Assembly: GCA_038918905.1 (NCBI GenBank)
Contig: JBCKZS010000010.1
Span: forward strand, 638 to 64,637
DNA: 64,000 nt
Source of the DNA: Vicinamibacterales bacterium
GTDB taxonomy: Bacteria > Acidobacteriota > Vicinamibacteria > Vicinamibacterales > SCN-69-37
Reading direction: 5' to 3'
Position 1 is the first letter of the stretch. The number at the start of each line of letters is the position of its first letter. Of the stretch, positions 1-10,959 are shown one piece after another. A program made the position numbers and the translations under genes. The notes beneath the pieces are model-generated. The model was given only the letters and a program-made list of their open reading frames with translations. It searched no databases and had not been told where the DNA came from.

Positions 1-180
1 CCGTGTCATGCGAGACGTGAAGCCAGCGGGCCCGCTGGATCCGCGTCTCGTCGTCCGCAATGTCACGGCCGACGGCGAGCAGTTTACCTACGGCACCATC
101 ATCCGACGGTCAGTGCTGTATGTCGTGACGGGCGTGCAAGGGGCGCGATGAGCCTCACGGCTCACGAAGTCGCGCTTCGC

Positions 181-507
181 TCAGGGAATCGGAATGTCGA
201 TTTCGGCGTAGCTCCCGGGTGCCGCCTCGTTCACCGCCGCGACGACACGGTTTACGTGCAACTCAAGTCCGGGCCAGCGCGCATACCCGATCACGACGAT
301 GGCGATCTGTCGGCCGGCGAGATTCAGCTGAGAGCGAAGGTTCTTGTCCGTTGTCACGAACACACTGAAGCTCGAGGCCTCGGCGGCGGTGAGGAGTTCA
401 CCGTTACTGAGGGTACCCCACTCTTGTTCGGTTGCCGTTCGGACAGTGTGATGCATCAGATGCGGACGGAGCGGAACGGGAGTGCCTTGATCGAACAGGA
501 CGAGCAT
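181..507 (-). CDS. small PIN-like (DUF5615/Mut7-C-type) protein, putative toxin partner of a DUF433 protein
   Basis: 108-aa ORF. Its start overlaps the stop of the upstream DUF433-like ORF by 1 nt (TAATG). Family call from remembered sequence pattern only. Confidence 0.5.
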   Translation of the reverse strand: MLVLFDQGTPVPLRPHLMHHTVRTATEQEWGTLSNGELLTAAEASSFSVFVTTDKNLRSQLNLAGRQIAIVVIGYARWPGLELHVNRVVAAVNEAAPGSYAEIDIPIP

Positions 508-743
508 TAACGCCCTGACACCGTTAGGTCGAGGCTGCGCGCGGCAAACTCGATGACGGCTTGTACCTGCTTCCGGTTGAGGCCATCGTACCAGGCGAGC
601 ACGTCATCAATGCTCGCGCCCGCTTCGAGGTTTTTGAAAATCGTGGCCACCGGCATACGTGTGCCGTGAAGCACCCAGGCACCGCTCACTTTTCCCGCGA
701 CCCTTTCGACCGCCGGGCACTGAGTCCAGTCGAGGACTGCCAT
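507..743 (-). CDS. DUF433-like small protein, putative antitoxin
   Basis: ORF 507..800. The internal start [36 protein letters not shown]...[22 protein letters not shown] fits the DUF433 pattern. Coupled to the PIN-like ORF. Confidence 0.55.
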   Translation of the reverse strand: MAVLDWTQCPAVERVAGKVSGAWVLHGTRMPVATIFKNLEAGASIDDVLAWYDGLNRKQVQAVIEFAARSLDLTVSGR

Positions 744-895
744 CTGTTTAACCCCCCCCTCTGACGGTCCCAGAATACACCTGATTCGCGGGAACATCAC
801 GAGCTCACCAGATCGCCAGATCGATCACCCGCTCACCAGTCAAGAGACCACAGGATACACTGCGCCTGACGCTATAATCCCTCCACCTCAGTCGA

Positions 896-1639
896 ATGGC
901 CCTTCCTCCCGGCACCCGCCTCGGCCCCTACGAAATCCTGTCCTCCCTTGGCGTCGGCGGGATGGGCGGGGGGTATCTCGCCATCAACATCGGGTGGGGC
1001 CTGGCCGTGATGCTGGGCATCTACACCTCGGCCGGCGTGTCGGGGGCGCATCTCAATCCCGCCGTGACCGTCGCTCTCGCGGTCCATCGCAACCTGCCGT
1101 GGAGCAAAGTCGCGCCGTACATCCTGGCGCAGACAGCCGGCGCGTTCGCCGCATCAGCCCTGGTGTTCTTGAACTATCGCGAAGCCTTCACGGCATTCGA
1201 CGGCGGCACACGGATGATCGAGGGCGCCACGGCGACCGCCGGCATCTTCGCCACCTACCCACAACCCTTCCTGTCGCTGGCGGGCGGCTTCGTCGACCAG
1301 GTGATCGGCACCATGCTGCTGATGGCCGGCGTGCTCGCGGTGACGGATCAGAAGAACGTCGCACCGCCGGCGTGGCTCACTGCGCCGCTGGTCGGCGCGC
1401 TGGTCGTCGCCATCGGCGTGGCGTTTGGTTTCAACGCCGGGTATGCGATCAACCCGGCGCGCGACCTCGGGCCGAGGCTGTTCACGGCGCTCGCCGGTTG
1501 GGGGCCGGGCGTGTTTACCGCCAGCGGCGGATGGTGGTGGGTGCCGGTGATTGCTCCCTGCGTGGGCGCCATCCTGGGCGCGTGGCTCTACGACACATTC
1601 ATCAACAAGCATCACGTCGCACCAGAGGCCGGCCGATGA
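896..1639 (+). CDS. glpF: MIP-family aquaglyceroporin (GlpF-like) with a foreign kinase-like 5' end; TM1 missing, possibly non-functional
   Basis: Two NPA boxes ([18 protein letters not shown]). Aligns to E. coli GlpF only from about residue 41. The first 25 aa are a kinase N-terminus. Its stop overlaps the glpK ATG (ATGA). Confidence 0.75.
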   Translation: MALPPGTRLGPYEILSSLGVGGMGGGYLAINIGWGLAVMLGIYTSAGVSGAHLNPAVTVALAVHRNLPWSKVAPYILAQTAGAFAASALVFLNYREAFTAFDGGTRMIEGATATAGIFATYPQPFLSLAGGFVDQVIGTMLLMAGVLAVTDQKNVAPPAWLTAPLVGALVVAIGVAFGFNAGYAINPARDLGPRLFTALAGWGPGVFTASGGWWWVPVIAPCVGAILGAWLYDTFINKHHVAPEAGR

Positions 1640-3123
1640 AATATGTTCTCGCTCTCGACCAGGGCACTACCTCCAGTCGCGCCATCGTGTTCGATCGATC
1701 GGGCAAGGCGGTGTCGACGGCGCAGCAGGAGTTTCCCCAGATCTTTCCGGGACCCGGCCATGTGGAGCACGACCCCGAGGCGATCTGGTCCACGCAGTTG
1801 CAGACCGCGAAGGACGCGCTCGCACGCGCGGGGATCACCGCCGCCGACATCGCCGCGATCGGCGTCACCAACCAGCGCGAGACGACGGTGTTGTGGGACA
1901 AGGCGACGGGCAAGCCGATCGCCAACGCCATCGTCTGGCAGAGCCGCGTCACCGCACCGATTTGCGATCGACTGAAGGCCGATGGCCACGAAGCCACGTT
2001 CCGCAAGAAGACAGGCTTGGTGGTCGATGCCTACTTCTCGGGCACCAAGATCAAGCACCTGCTCGATTCGCATGATGGCCTGCGCGCTCGCGCCGCTCGC
2101 GGCGAAGTGCTGTTCGGCACCATCGATTCGTTCCTGATCTGGCGCCTCACTGGCGGCAAGGTCCACGTGACGGATGTCAGCAACGCGAGTCGAACGCTGC
2201 TGTTCAATATCCACACCATGCAGTGGGACGACGAGTTGCTGACACTGCTGGATGTGCCGCGCGCGATGTTGCCCGAGGTGAAGTCGTCCAGCGAGGTCTA
2301 CGGACACACCGAGCCGTCACTGTTTGGGACGGCGATCCCCATCGCCGGCGACGCCGGCGATCAGCAGGCCGCGCTCTTTGGTCAGGCGTGCTTCGAGGCG
2401 GGCTCGGCCAAGAATACCTACGGCACCGGCTGCTTCATGCTGTTGAACACAGGCGCCAAGGCCGTGCCCTCGGAGAAAGGCCTGCTGACGACGGTGGCCT
2501 GGAAGATTGGCGGTAAGACCACGTACGCCCTGGAGGGCTCCGTGTTCGTCGCCGGCGCGGCGGTGCAGTGGCTGCGGGATGGCCTCAAGGCCATCGAAGC
2601 CTCGGCCGACGTCGAGAAGCTGATGGCGGAGGTAACCGACACTGACGGCGTCTACCTGGTACCGGCGTTTGTCGGGCTCGGTGCGCCGTATTGGGATCCC
2701 CGCGCCCGCGGTGTCATCGTGGGACTAACCCGGAACACCAAGATGGCCCACATCGCGCGGGCCGCCGTCGATGCCATGGCGTACCAGACCCGCGACGTGC
2801 TGGAAGTGATGCAGGTGGAATCGGGCCTGCCGCTGACGACGTTGAAGGTGGACGGCGGTGCGGCTGCTAACGCGATGCTGCTGCAGTTCCAGGCGGATCT
2901 CCTCAACGTCACGGTCCGGCGTCCGGTGGTCGCCGAGACGACCGCGCTCGGCGCCGCGTATCTCGCGGGGCTGGCGGTCGGTTACTGGAAGAGCATGGAC
3001 GATGTGGCGACGAACTGGGCGCTCGATCGCGAGTTCCGGCCGTCGATGCCGAAGGCGCAGAGCGACAAGCTGTATGCCGGCTGGAAGAAGGCGGTGGGTC
3101 GGTCGTTGGATTGGGAGACGTAG
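1636..3123 (+). CDS. glpK: glycerol kinase
   Basis: [20 protein letters not shown]... and full-length FGGY-kinase colinearity (495 aa). Classic glpFK arrangement. Confidence 0.95.
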   Translation: MKYVLALDQGTTSSRAIVFDRSGKAVSTAQQEFPQIFPGPGHVEHDPEAIWSTQLQTAKDALARAGITAADIAAIGVTNQRETTVLWDKATGKPIANAIVWQSRVTAPICDRLKADGHEATFRKKTGLVVDAYFSGTKIKHLLDSHDGLRARAARGEVLFGTIDSFLIWRLTGGKVHVTDVSNASRTLLFNIHTMQWDDELLTLLDVPRAMLPEVKSSSEVYGHTEPSLFGTAIPIAGDAGDQQAALFGQACFEAGSAKNTYGTGCFMLLNTGAKAVPSEKGLLTTVAWKIGGKTTYALEGSVFVAGAAVQWLRDGLKAIEASADVEKLMAEVTDTDGVYLVPAFVGLGAPYWDPRARGVIVGLTRNTKMAHIARAAVDAMAYQTRDVLEVMQVESGLPLTTLKVDGGAAANAMLLQFQADLLNVTVRRPVVAETTALGAAYLAGLAVGYWKSMDDVATNWALDREFRPSMPKAQSDKLYAGWKKAVGRSLDWET

Positions 3124-3165
3124 GCCACCGATTAGACGCAGATTAGCGCCGATTCCCCGGACAGT

Positions 3166-4173
3166 CTAACCGGCCGGGAACAGCAGGGCACGCGCCCACT
3201 CGTTCTTCGCCGACAGGTGATACACCAGCGCGCGTGACAGCTCCGGCACCCACGCCGCGGCCGGCACGAAGCCGGTGAACATCAGCCCGTGCTCCTCGTC
3301 TACGCACCACGCACCCAGTTGGTGCGCATCCGGCTCAAGCCGTTCGTTCGCGTTCAGCCGCTGGGCCACCATCGCGTCCGGTTCCACGGGCAGCTTCAAT
3401 CGCATCAGCAATCCGCTCCCCAGTGACGGGTGCTTCGCTTCCGCATCCAGTTCAAGGTGCGCGTGCGCGTCGGGGGCGAACTCGAGGTCGGCGTCAACGC
3501 GGTGCATATCGTTGGTGGCCAGAAGCCACGGCCGCGGCTCCACATGCACCAACTGCCCGAGCTCATCGGGCTCGAACTCCACATGCACCAACTGCGCGAG
3601 CTCGTCGGGCTTGAACGGCGAATCCGCCTCGCCGCGCTGCTGGTAGATCTTGAGAATCCCGACCATCTCATCCGGCGTCAACCGCATGCCCTGCTTCGGG
3701 TGGGGGGACGCCGCGACCTGGCCGCCGAAGGCATCGGCGAGCTCCGCCGCTTCGGCATAGGCGTCGGCCATCTGCAGCGCCATGGTGTGGAGCGCGATGG
3801 TTTGCGCCAGTTGATAGTTATCGGCGGTGAGGGAGACCGACGAATGCAGGCTGATGGTGCGCGCCACCGGATCGGCGACATACGCGCTGAGGGATGCAAA
3901 CCGGTTCACGGCCGCCAATCGTGTCCAGGTGGAGTCGTCCATGGGCACGCCGTCGATCAAGTCGGTCTCGACATGCAGGGTGGTCAGCTGCACGCCCTGG
4001 ATCTCTCGCGCCGGCACCACCCACACACGTTGCGCCAACGACGAGGCCCACCAGGTGAAGGAGGTGTGTTCCTGAACGGCCCACTCGGCTTCGATCTGCA
4101 TGCGGGCGGTCAGAAACCGCAACACCTGTTCGACGAATTCCACGTTACTCCTGCCAGCAATGGTACATCGCAA
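3166..4173 (-). CDS. hypothetical protein with an internal 13-aa tandem duplication
   Basis: 335-aa ORF with no recognised motif. True start may be the internal MQIEAEW (4101), because 4145..4173 overlaps the upstream gene. Confidence 0.45.
   Translation of the reverse strand: MRCTIAGRSNVEFVEQVLRFLTARMQIEAEWAVQEHTSFTWWASSLAQRVWVVPAREIQGVQLTTLHVETDLIDGVPMDDSTWTRLAAVNRFASLSAYVADPVARTISLHSSVSLTADNYQLAQTIALHTMALQMADAYAEAAELADAFGGQVAASPHPKQGMRLTPDEMVGILKIYQQRGEADSPFKPDELAQLVHVEFEPDELGQLVHVEPRPWLLATNDMHRVDADLEFAPDAHAHLELDAEAKHPSLGSGLLMRLKLPVEPDAMVAQRLNANERLEPDAHQLGAWCVDEEHGLMFTGFVPAAAWVPELSRALVYHLSAKNEWARALLFPAG
3538..3615. repeat. 2 x 39-bp in-frame tandem duplication inside the CDS
   Basis: ctccacatgcaccaactgc(c/g)cgagctc(a/g)tcgggct(c/t)gaa occurs twice. 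It encodes F(K/E)PDEL(A/G)QLVHVE twice. Confidence 0.85.
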
Positions 4174-4933
4174 TGGAGGCCGCGGTTGTCACGTTCAGCG
4201 AGTCCACGGCCGCCGTCGTCGGAATGCAGACGCGGAACGTCGAGGCCGCCATCGCCGGTTCGGTCAGGCCGTCGCCTTCGGCGCCGATGAGCAGGGCGAC
4301 CTTGGCGTGGCGGGGGAGATCCCGCAGAGGCAACGCGTCGTGACGCGGCGTCAGCGCCGCGACTGTAAAACCGTCGGCCTTGAGATCGGCAATCGCACCC
4401 GGCCACTGCGGCGCGGTCACGAATGGCACGACTAGCGACGCAGCCATCGAGGTGCGGATCGCCTTTCGGTACAGCGGATCGCCGCACGACGGCCCCAGCA
4501 CCACCAGCTCTACGCCGAATGCGGCAGCGGTGCGAAACAGACCGCCTACGTTGTCGGGATTGCTGACGCCTTCCATCATCAGCACCGGCGACAGCGGTCC
4601 GCTGGCAATGCGATCGAGCACAGGCAACCCCAAAGAAGGGGTTGCCTCCACCTGCAGGCGGTGCGCCAACGCAAGGCAGCCGCGATGGATGTTGAAGCCT
4701 GCGATGGCATTCATCAGCGTCTGATTGACGATGAAGATCGGCGCGTTGGAGAGCTGGAGCACGTCGCTCAGGTTCTCGGCGGCAGATGGTGTCAGCAGAA
4801 TCGACTGCATCTCCCAGTGACGATAAGCCGTATTAGAGGCCTCCCGAGACGACAGAATCCCCGTGCTCAGACACACAGCACGCCGTGGATAGGACAGTGG
4901 AACCGGTCGCTCATATGCTGGATACCATAACAA
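4145..4933 (-). CDS. SpoU/TrmH-family RNA 2'-O-methyltransferase (N-terminal region atypical, possibly truncated)
   Basis: C-terminal SpoU motifs: NPDNVGGLFRTAAAFG, LLIGAEGDGL, IPTTAAVDSLNVTTAASIAMY. Confidence 0.75.
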   Translation of the reverse strand: MLWYPAYERPVPLSYPRRAVCLSTGILSSREASNTAYRHWEMQSILLTPSAAENLSDVLQLSNAPIFIVNQTLMNAIAGFNIHRGCLALAHRLQVEATPSLGLPVLDRIASGPLSPVLMMEGVSNPDNVGGLFRTAAAFGVELVVLGPSCGDPLYRKAIRTSMAASLVVPFVTAPQWPGAIADLKADGFTVAALTPRHDALPLRDLPRHAKVALLIGAEGDGLTEPAMAASTFRVCIPTTAAVDSLNVTTAASIAMYHCWQE

Positions 4934-5283
4934 CGACTTCGATTCAGTCGCCGATCTTATTTGGCCACGTCTGTAATGGAGTTCCGTTCAGCGGGCTAAC
5001 GGACTGCCGCTCAGCCGCGAGCGGCGCGCACATTTGTTTGCAAACCAGCCCATCCCGTCCGCGCCGTTCGTCGGCTGCAGCGACGTGTTAGCCCCAAAAT
5101 AAGCGCGTTTACGGGTGGATCGCCGACGAGCCTCGCGATGAGATCATGGCGCAGACCTCCCCCTCCGGCACGAAGCCAGTCGGTGGTCCCCCCCAGATGG
5201 TCCTGTCGTCGTTGCCCTCCGCGTACGTGATGAAACAGGTGAATGCCATCCGGGCCTCTCTATCCCGGTTTCAATGCGGCCCT

Positions 5284-6813
5284 TCAGCAGCGGAGCGGCG
5301 GGCCGCACGCGTCGAAGCCGCGGAGGAAGACCGCCTGCCAGGGATTCCACGCGAGCAAGCGGAAGACGAGCCGGCGACTCGTGCGGACGACCTGCACGGG
5401 GATCAGCACAAAGGCGTGCAGGAAGGCTTTGAATTCCATCCGCAGGACTGCGGCCTTCTCGGCAGCATCGCGCGCGGCCCAGCGCCCCGTCGTGGATAAT
5501 CGCAGGGCGAACCACGCCTTCAGCGTCCAGGCCAGCGCGGTCATCACCATGTACGCCCAGTGACTGAGCCGCGTGTCGACGGGCATCCGCATCGCGCCGA
5601 CGCCGTGTGTGAGTTGATCGATCAGGTGCTCCTGGTTGCAGCGGTCGTTGGCCAGGAAGACCACCTCGGCCGCCGCGGTCTCGCCATCGTTGGTGCAATA
5701 AAAAAAGTAGCGAATGTCGTCGAACAGCCGCTGGTCGCCTTGCTCGACCGACATATTCTTCCGCACCACCACCAGGCGATACGCCTTGGTGCAGGCGGTG
5801 GGCCGATACGGGAATTCGGCGACCGCCTCGGCCGTGAGCCGAAGCGTCTTGAACTCGCGCGCGACGATGATCGCCGCTTTGACGTTCACGGGCCGCTGCC
5901 GCGGGGCGGTCTGCACCGTGTAGGCCTGGCGTCGCGTCAGCGGGGTCCAGGCCTTCGCGGGCCACGCGTCGGCCGCCTGAATCAGGTGCGCGCGCGCATC
6001 GCAGCCAAAGACAAACCGGACGCCCGCCGCGTCCCACCGGTCCAGGTGGCGCGTTTGGCTGAAATCCGTATCGCCCCGGAACGTGACCCGCTGGAAGCCC
6101 GCGTCCCGACACAGCGCGTGGGCCTGATCCAACCGCTCGGCCGCCCCTCCGACGACGGCCGATTCCCGCTGCGATTGACCAGGAACAACGGCTCGCCCGT
6201 GTTCGCCAGCGACACCACCAGCGGATGGTAGCCCCAGACTCCGTTGTACGCGATGTCCATTCCGGCCTTGCACTGCCCCGTGGTCTCCGCCAGCGTCCCG
6301 TCGGCAGATCACCGCTTCGGCGAAGAACGCCGCCGGCTGCGTGCGCCAGACGCGGACCCGCGTCTCGTTGATCGCCGTCTGCATCGCCTCGATCGCCGCC
6401 TCGTCAAACCGCCGACAAAAATCACCGGCGGTCGTGGGGTCCGGAATCCGTTGCGCCCCGAGCGCATCCAGATACACTTCGTCCTGGCGACGCTGCTCGA
6501 TATCCTGCAAGCACGTCCCGCCGCACAGTACGTTGTACGCGATGCCGAGCACGTCATCCGATTCGTGGTACGACAGTCCGGCGCGGACACCGAATGGGAA
6601 TCGACGCCGTTCGTTGCGGGATCGGCGATTTACGCCGTTCGCCCAATGTTCAACCTCATGCTCGAGATCTACAACGAGTGGCGCCCAGGCACCGCCGGCC
6701 ACGACCGCGCGACGACCATCGCCCACGGGTTTCGCGGCGGCTGGAACCTCGGCGAAGCGCAGCTCATCCTCGGTCTGGCCTTCCCGGTCACCCGCGGCGC
6801 CTTCCGCGACCAC
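5284..6813 (-). mobile_element. IS1380-family transposase gene, disrupted by two compensating frameshifts (pseudogene); element ends not defined
   Basis: RIPDPTTAGDFCRRF motif. The central ...[55 protein letters not shown] is in another frame (ORF 5982..6260). Shifts lie near 6305-6310 and 6144-6147. Confidence 0.75.
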
Positions 6814-6890
6814 GGCGTCCTCGGGTACGTCTCGTACGAACTGCCGTTCACCAAGAACCGGTAGATCCCCTGCGCTACGCCAACGCGCCT

Positions 6891-7679
6891 TCAGCGCGAC
6901 AGACGCTTGATGCGTTCGTACAGGCCGATCGGAGGTTCGTCGCCGGGCGAAAGACGGTCGAGCGTGGCGCGGTAGGCCGCGATGGCGCCGGCACGATCGC
7001 CGCGCCGCTCAAGGACCAGGCCCCGATAGAAGTAGCCGCGTGAATCCCGTGGTGCGGCGGTGATCAGGGCCTCGGCGGTTTGGGCAACGTCATCAAGGGC
7101 TTCGCGAATCAGCTGCGCTCGCGCGCGGCCCGCGAGCTGATCCGCAACGCCGGCGCCGGCAGCGACCACTTCGACCCAGTTCGACACCAACGTGTTACCG
7201 CCGAGATCGACGCGCGCCCGCACTCGAGCGCCGACGAGCGGCAGCGCCGCCGCCGCAACCGTCAACACGGTCGTCGCGGTCGCGGCGGCATCCAGCGACA
7301 TCGTCGCCGGCTGCGGCAAGCGCAGGACGCGGCTCGGGAGTGGCGCGGCCGCGGCGCCGGCGGCGCCTTCGGTCTCCAGGGTAAATATCGCCGCAGCAAA
7401 GTCGGCCGCCACGGGCGCAGCTGCGCGAATCGACTCGGGCTGGCGCGCCATCGCGTTGAACACGCGCACCGTCGCCACTGCATCGTCGCCCGGCGCACCG
7501 ATCGAGATCTGCAGCCGCACGGCGAGCGGCGATTGGGCAGGCTGGGTCGCTGACAGCGATGTGCCGGCGGCGGGCGATACCGTCCGGTGACGCCACCACC
7601 AGAAACCGGCGACGGCAACGGCGACGGCAACGGCGAGCAAGATCACTCCGGCCAGCGATCGTCGAAGCGCCGCGCTCAC
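6891..7679 (-). CDS. membrane-anchored protein with C-terminal TPR-like repeat
   Basis: N-terminal TM helix (LAGVILLAVAVAVAVAGFWWW). C-terminal YFYRGLVLERRGDRAGAIAAYRATL is TPR-like. GTGA overlap with the upstream gene. Confidence 0.5.
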   Translation of the reverse strand: MSAALRRSLAGVILLAVAVAVAVAGFWWWRHRTVSPAAGTSLSATQPAQSPLAVRLQISIGAPGDDAVATVRVFNAMARQPESIRAAAPVAADFAAAIFTLETEGAAGAAAAPLPSRVLRLPQPATMSLDAAATATTVLTVAAAALPLVGARVRARVDLGGNTLVSNWVEVVAAGAGVADQLAGRARAQLIREALDDVAQTAEALITAAPRDSRGYFYRGLVLERRGDRAGAIAAYRATLDRLSPGDEPPIGLYERIKRLSR

Positions 7680-9817
7680 TTCAGCCTCATCTGCGCGATG
7701 CAGTTGCCGTAGGTCGCGTCGCCAGACACCGGAAGCGCGTGACCGTTCTCAATATGTTGCGCGCCGGCGTTGAGACCGGTCCCCGTTTTCGTCGTGCAGA
7801 ATGCGGTACCAAACGACTGCGGCCATGTGTACGTGTAGCACTTGCCGTCCCAGCTCGTGTAGTAGTTCGCGCCTGAGTACGACATCACGCACCCGCGATC
7901 GCCCGAGAGCACACCGCCCCACGGCGCATAGAGACCCTTCGGGCCGAGGCGGCAACTCCGTTCAGTCCAGTCGCCGTGATGGTCGATGCTCAACGCGTGG
8001 CCGATCTCGTGCGCGATCGTGCTCTCGAGCGCCTGGTCAGCGGTTTCGTCGGCGAGCTGCAGCAGATCGACCAGCACTTCCCTGACTTGATTCGGCGTAC
8101 CCACGCGCGGCTTGGTCAGACCGAGCGTACCGGGATCGAGGCCCTGGTCTTTCAGGTGGATGGCTTTCTGCGCGCCGGCGCTGGCGGTGCCGCGGTTGAA
8201 GTTCACGACGCGCTGGCTGTTCATCTCGTCCTGCTCGATGAGATATAGCAGGAGGCCGGTCTGATTGGCGAGACCGGTGCCCATGCCCGCCTCGTCGAAG
8301 ATGAACAGGTCCTTCGTCCGCGGATCGGTGGACACCCACGTGCCGTGCACGGTGAAGCCGCGGTACTCCTCATAGTTCGAGAACCCGTCGCCCTTCGAGC
8401 CGCCGACCGGTTCCTCCTCGGCGTCTTCGGTGGCCGGGTGTCCGGTGAGTCCGGCGTTCCTCTCCCACGTGTCCCAAATGTGATTCTCGTCGGCATCGAC
8501 GGGCAGCGTGACCGAGGACTTACCGTCGGGCGCGAGGCAGTCGTACCACTCGCCATCCACGTTGACCTCGGCTTTCAGTCGTCCCCACGCGCCGTAGTCG
8601 AGGGCCGTGACCGACACCGACGCACTCGCCGCGAGCGAGGTCGTCTCGATCGTCCAGCCGTCGGCGGTCTCGGTCGCCGCGGTCATCGGCACCGGCTGGT
8701 CATCGGCGAATCGCAGATCGAGTCCCGTCCCGCGGCCAGAATTCAGCGTCGTGCCGGGCTCGCGGCTGACGTCGAACAACGTGAAGCGGAACTTGCCCGT
8801 GCCGCCGACCGCTTCGGGGATCGACGCCGTCAGCGTCGTGCGAGCGAGCATCTTCGGCCGCCACGCGGGATCGGTCGCCGTGATGGCGCCGTCGATCTGC
8901 ACGCGGCGCGTGATGTTCCATGTCGCCGTCAACGTGGAAACGTCGTTGACGAACCGGTAGCTACCGGCCATCGCGCCGCTGGCGACGACGAAGGTGCGCG
9001 GGTCGGCGGCCGTGATACGGCGCATCGCCACGGCGGTCGCGGTGAGGGCCTCGCGCACGCCGTCCGCGGTGATCGACGTGCCCTCGTCGCCGAATCCTTT
9101 CGAGGCCCGCTCCGCCGGCGTGAGTCGCGACCACGTCCAGAGCGCGTAGCCCGCGACCCACGAGCCGTTGCCCCCGGTCCGCATCGTGTTGATGTGCGGT
9201 TGATCAGGATGGCCCTTGCTGATTCGCGTGACGCGGACGCTGAATCCGTTGAAGACGACCGGCTGACCGAGGAGGCTGTAACTGCCGTTGGGCAAGATGT
9301 CTTTGAGCGGATCGCTGCCGGTGAGGCTGTAGTACACCCAGCCGCCGCTGAACGCGCCGCCGCCCATCGAAACGATGCGGGCTTCCGGCGCGACATCCTT
9401 GCCGGTGTAGTCCCAGTGCGCGACATCGCCGTAGGGATTTGTTTCGCTCATCCGTCCAGAGATGCCTAGCGTGATCGTCGAGCCATCGTCGACGAGGGGA
9501 ACGAGACGGCCGACGACGTTGCCGGTCGCGTCCTTCACGCTGAGGGCCTGGCCTTCCTTTAACTGAATCCGCGCCGTCCAGCTTGTGACGACGTCGCCTG
9601 ACTGATTCGCGGGTCCGCCCGGCTCGGTTCCGACCGCGGGCAAGATGTAGGCGCCGATGCCGGTCCGTCGCGCTTCACCGGACGCGGTCCCGGTCCAGCG
9701 GTTCTCGGCCGGTGGGGGAGACGCCGTCTGGGCGTTGGGCCGCGAGGCCGATGCGCCGATCGTCAGGACGGCGATGGCCAGCGGAGCCGCGGCGCGGATG
9801 GTACGCACGAGCGTCAT
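7676..9817 (-). CDS. secreted metzincin-like zinc metalloprotease (large N-terminal region unassigned)
   Basis: Signal-peptide-like N-terminus. HEIGHALSIDHH (HExxHxxxxxH) followed by CVMSY (serralysin-type Met-turn SxMSY). Confidence 0.6.
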   Translation of the reverse strand: MTLVRTIRAAAPLAIAVLTIGASASRPNAQTASPPPAENRWTGTASGEARRTGIGAYILPAVGTEPGGPANQSGDVVTSWTARIQLKEGQALSVKDATGNVVGRLVPLVDDGSTITLGISGRMSETNPYGDVAHWDYTGKDVAPEARIVSMGGGAFSGGWVYYSLTGSDPLKDILPNGSYSLLGQPVVFNGFSVRVTRISKGHPDQPHINTMRTGGNGSWVAGYALWTWSRLTPAERASKGFGDEGTSITADGVREALTATAVAMRRITAADPRTFVVASGAMAGSYRFVNDVSTLTATWNITRRVQIDGAITATDPAWRPKMLARTTLTASIPEAVGGTGKFRFTLFDVSREPGTTLNSGRGTGLDLRFADDQPVPMTAATETADGWTIETTSLAASASVSVTALDYGAWGRLKAEVNVDGEWYDCLAPDGKSSVTLPVDADENHIWDTWERNAGLTGHPATEDAEEEPVGGSKGDGFSNYEEYRGFTVHGTWVSTDPRTKDLFIFDEAGMGTGLANQTGLLLYLIEQDEMNSQRVVNFNRGTASAGAQKAIHLKDQGLDPGTLGLTKPRVGTPNQVREVLVDLLQLADETADQALESTIAHEIGHALSIDHHGDWTERSCRLGPKGLYAPWGGVLSGDRGCVMSYSGANYYTSWDGKCYTYTWPQSFGTAFCTTKTGTGLNAGAQHIENGHALPVSGDATYGNCIAQMRLK

Positions 9818-9839
9818 TTTCGCATTATCCTACCGTGCA

Positions 9840-10646
9840 TCAGACCGTTCGCGCCGGATGGATCGATTCCATCGACGACGTGAAGCCGGTATCGAAGAGC
9901 GATGGCAGCACGGAGGCCACCGATTTTCGATACGTCGCCACGACATCCGCATCGGGAAGCCGGCCGCGAAGTCGCACGGGTTTTCCGGCGGCGAGCTGCT
10001 CGACGCGCCGCCGGTACGCGTCGTCAGAGAATCCGCCAATGACGTCGAGCGTCGCGCCCGGCGGAAGCGCGTCGATCAGCAGATGCAACCCCTTGCCCTC
10101 GAAGATCCGGCCCACGTAGGAAAACAGATGCCGCTCTTTGGTCACCGCCGCGTCGGGACAGAACACGTCCGTATCCACTCCGCCACCGATCACGGTCGCG
10201 GGCCTGGTGATGGCGGCGTTCAGCTGCCGGTTGAAGTCCGAAATCGGCAGAAAGCCCGTCATCATGTTGCGCATGGGAATAAACCGGGCCAGCGACTTCG
10301 CCTGCGCGCCGGAAAGGTCCGTGAGAAACGTGCGCTTGCCTTTCAATCGTCCGAACAGCATCGCCAGATCGGTGACGTAGGTTCGTGGCTGCAGGCAATG
10401 AATCACATCGCATTCAGCGAGGCCACCGAGATGCGACCATGCCACCGGGTTGAGCGCACCGGCCGCGTCGCTGACAATGCGTGTGTGCAGGGAAGGCCAT
10501 TGGAGCGTCACGTGCCGGAGGAAGGCACCGACCGGTACCTCGAAGCGCTCGGGCGCGGGACCACGAACCACACAATCCGGGCCGATGGCCAGCGGGTCGC
10601 TTTCTCGATCGGCAGTCGCTTCTATCGTCATCGTCATCGTCGACAC
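9840..10646 (-). pseudogene. GT4-type glycosyltransferase, 3'-truncated
   Basis: GT1-domain start (HLFSYVGRIFEGKGLHLLIDAL...VRLRGRLPDADVVATYRKSVASVLPS) ends about 20 aa after the PS motif. The EX7E-containing C-terminal part is absent. Confidence 0.45.
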
Positions 10647-10649
10647 GAA

Positions 10650-10812
10650 CTACGCCATGCCAACCTTCGCGCGTTCGTACGACGTGTCTGCAGAGGGCCA
10701 GCGGTTCCGGATAGTCAAGGACATGGCGACCGACGCCAACTCACCGCCGGCGAGTTTCGTCGTCGTCCTCAATTGGTGTGAAGAGCTGAAGGCGCGGGTG
10801 CTGGCGAAGTGA
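10650..10812 (+). pseudogene. 3' stub of a Ser/Thr-kinase/TolB-beta-propeller-type gene
   Basis: ...SYDVSAEGQRFRIVKD...PASFVVVLNWCEELKARVLAK* is the typical C-terminal end of that architecture. No upstream coding continuity. Confidence 0.45.
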
Positions 10813-10959
10813 GCCGGCACACACCACTGGCAGGGAGCAGACACGGACAATGACACGCACGGCAGACATACTGACGGCCCTGTTCACTCTCGTGGTTCAA
10901 AACGGCACCCCAACGCCGGACGTGTGATTCACGCACAGGATACGTGACACGTAGGATGT

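Noticed and set aside
148-510. 120-aa plus-strand ORF overlapping the PIN-like gene.
   Set aside because: It is antisense to a TA-like pair with a coherent coupled arrangement, and no motif was recognised.
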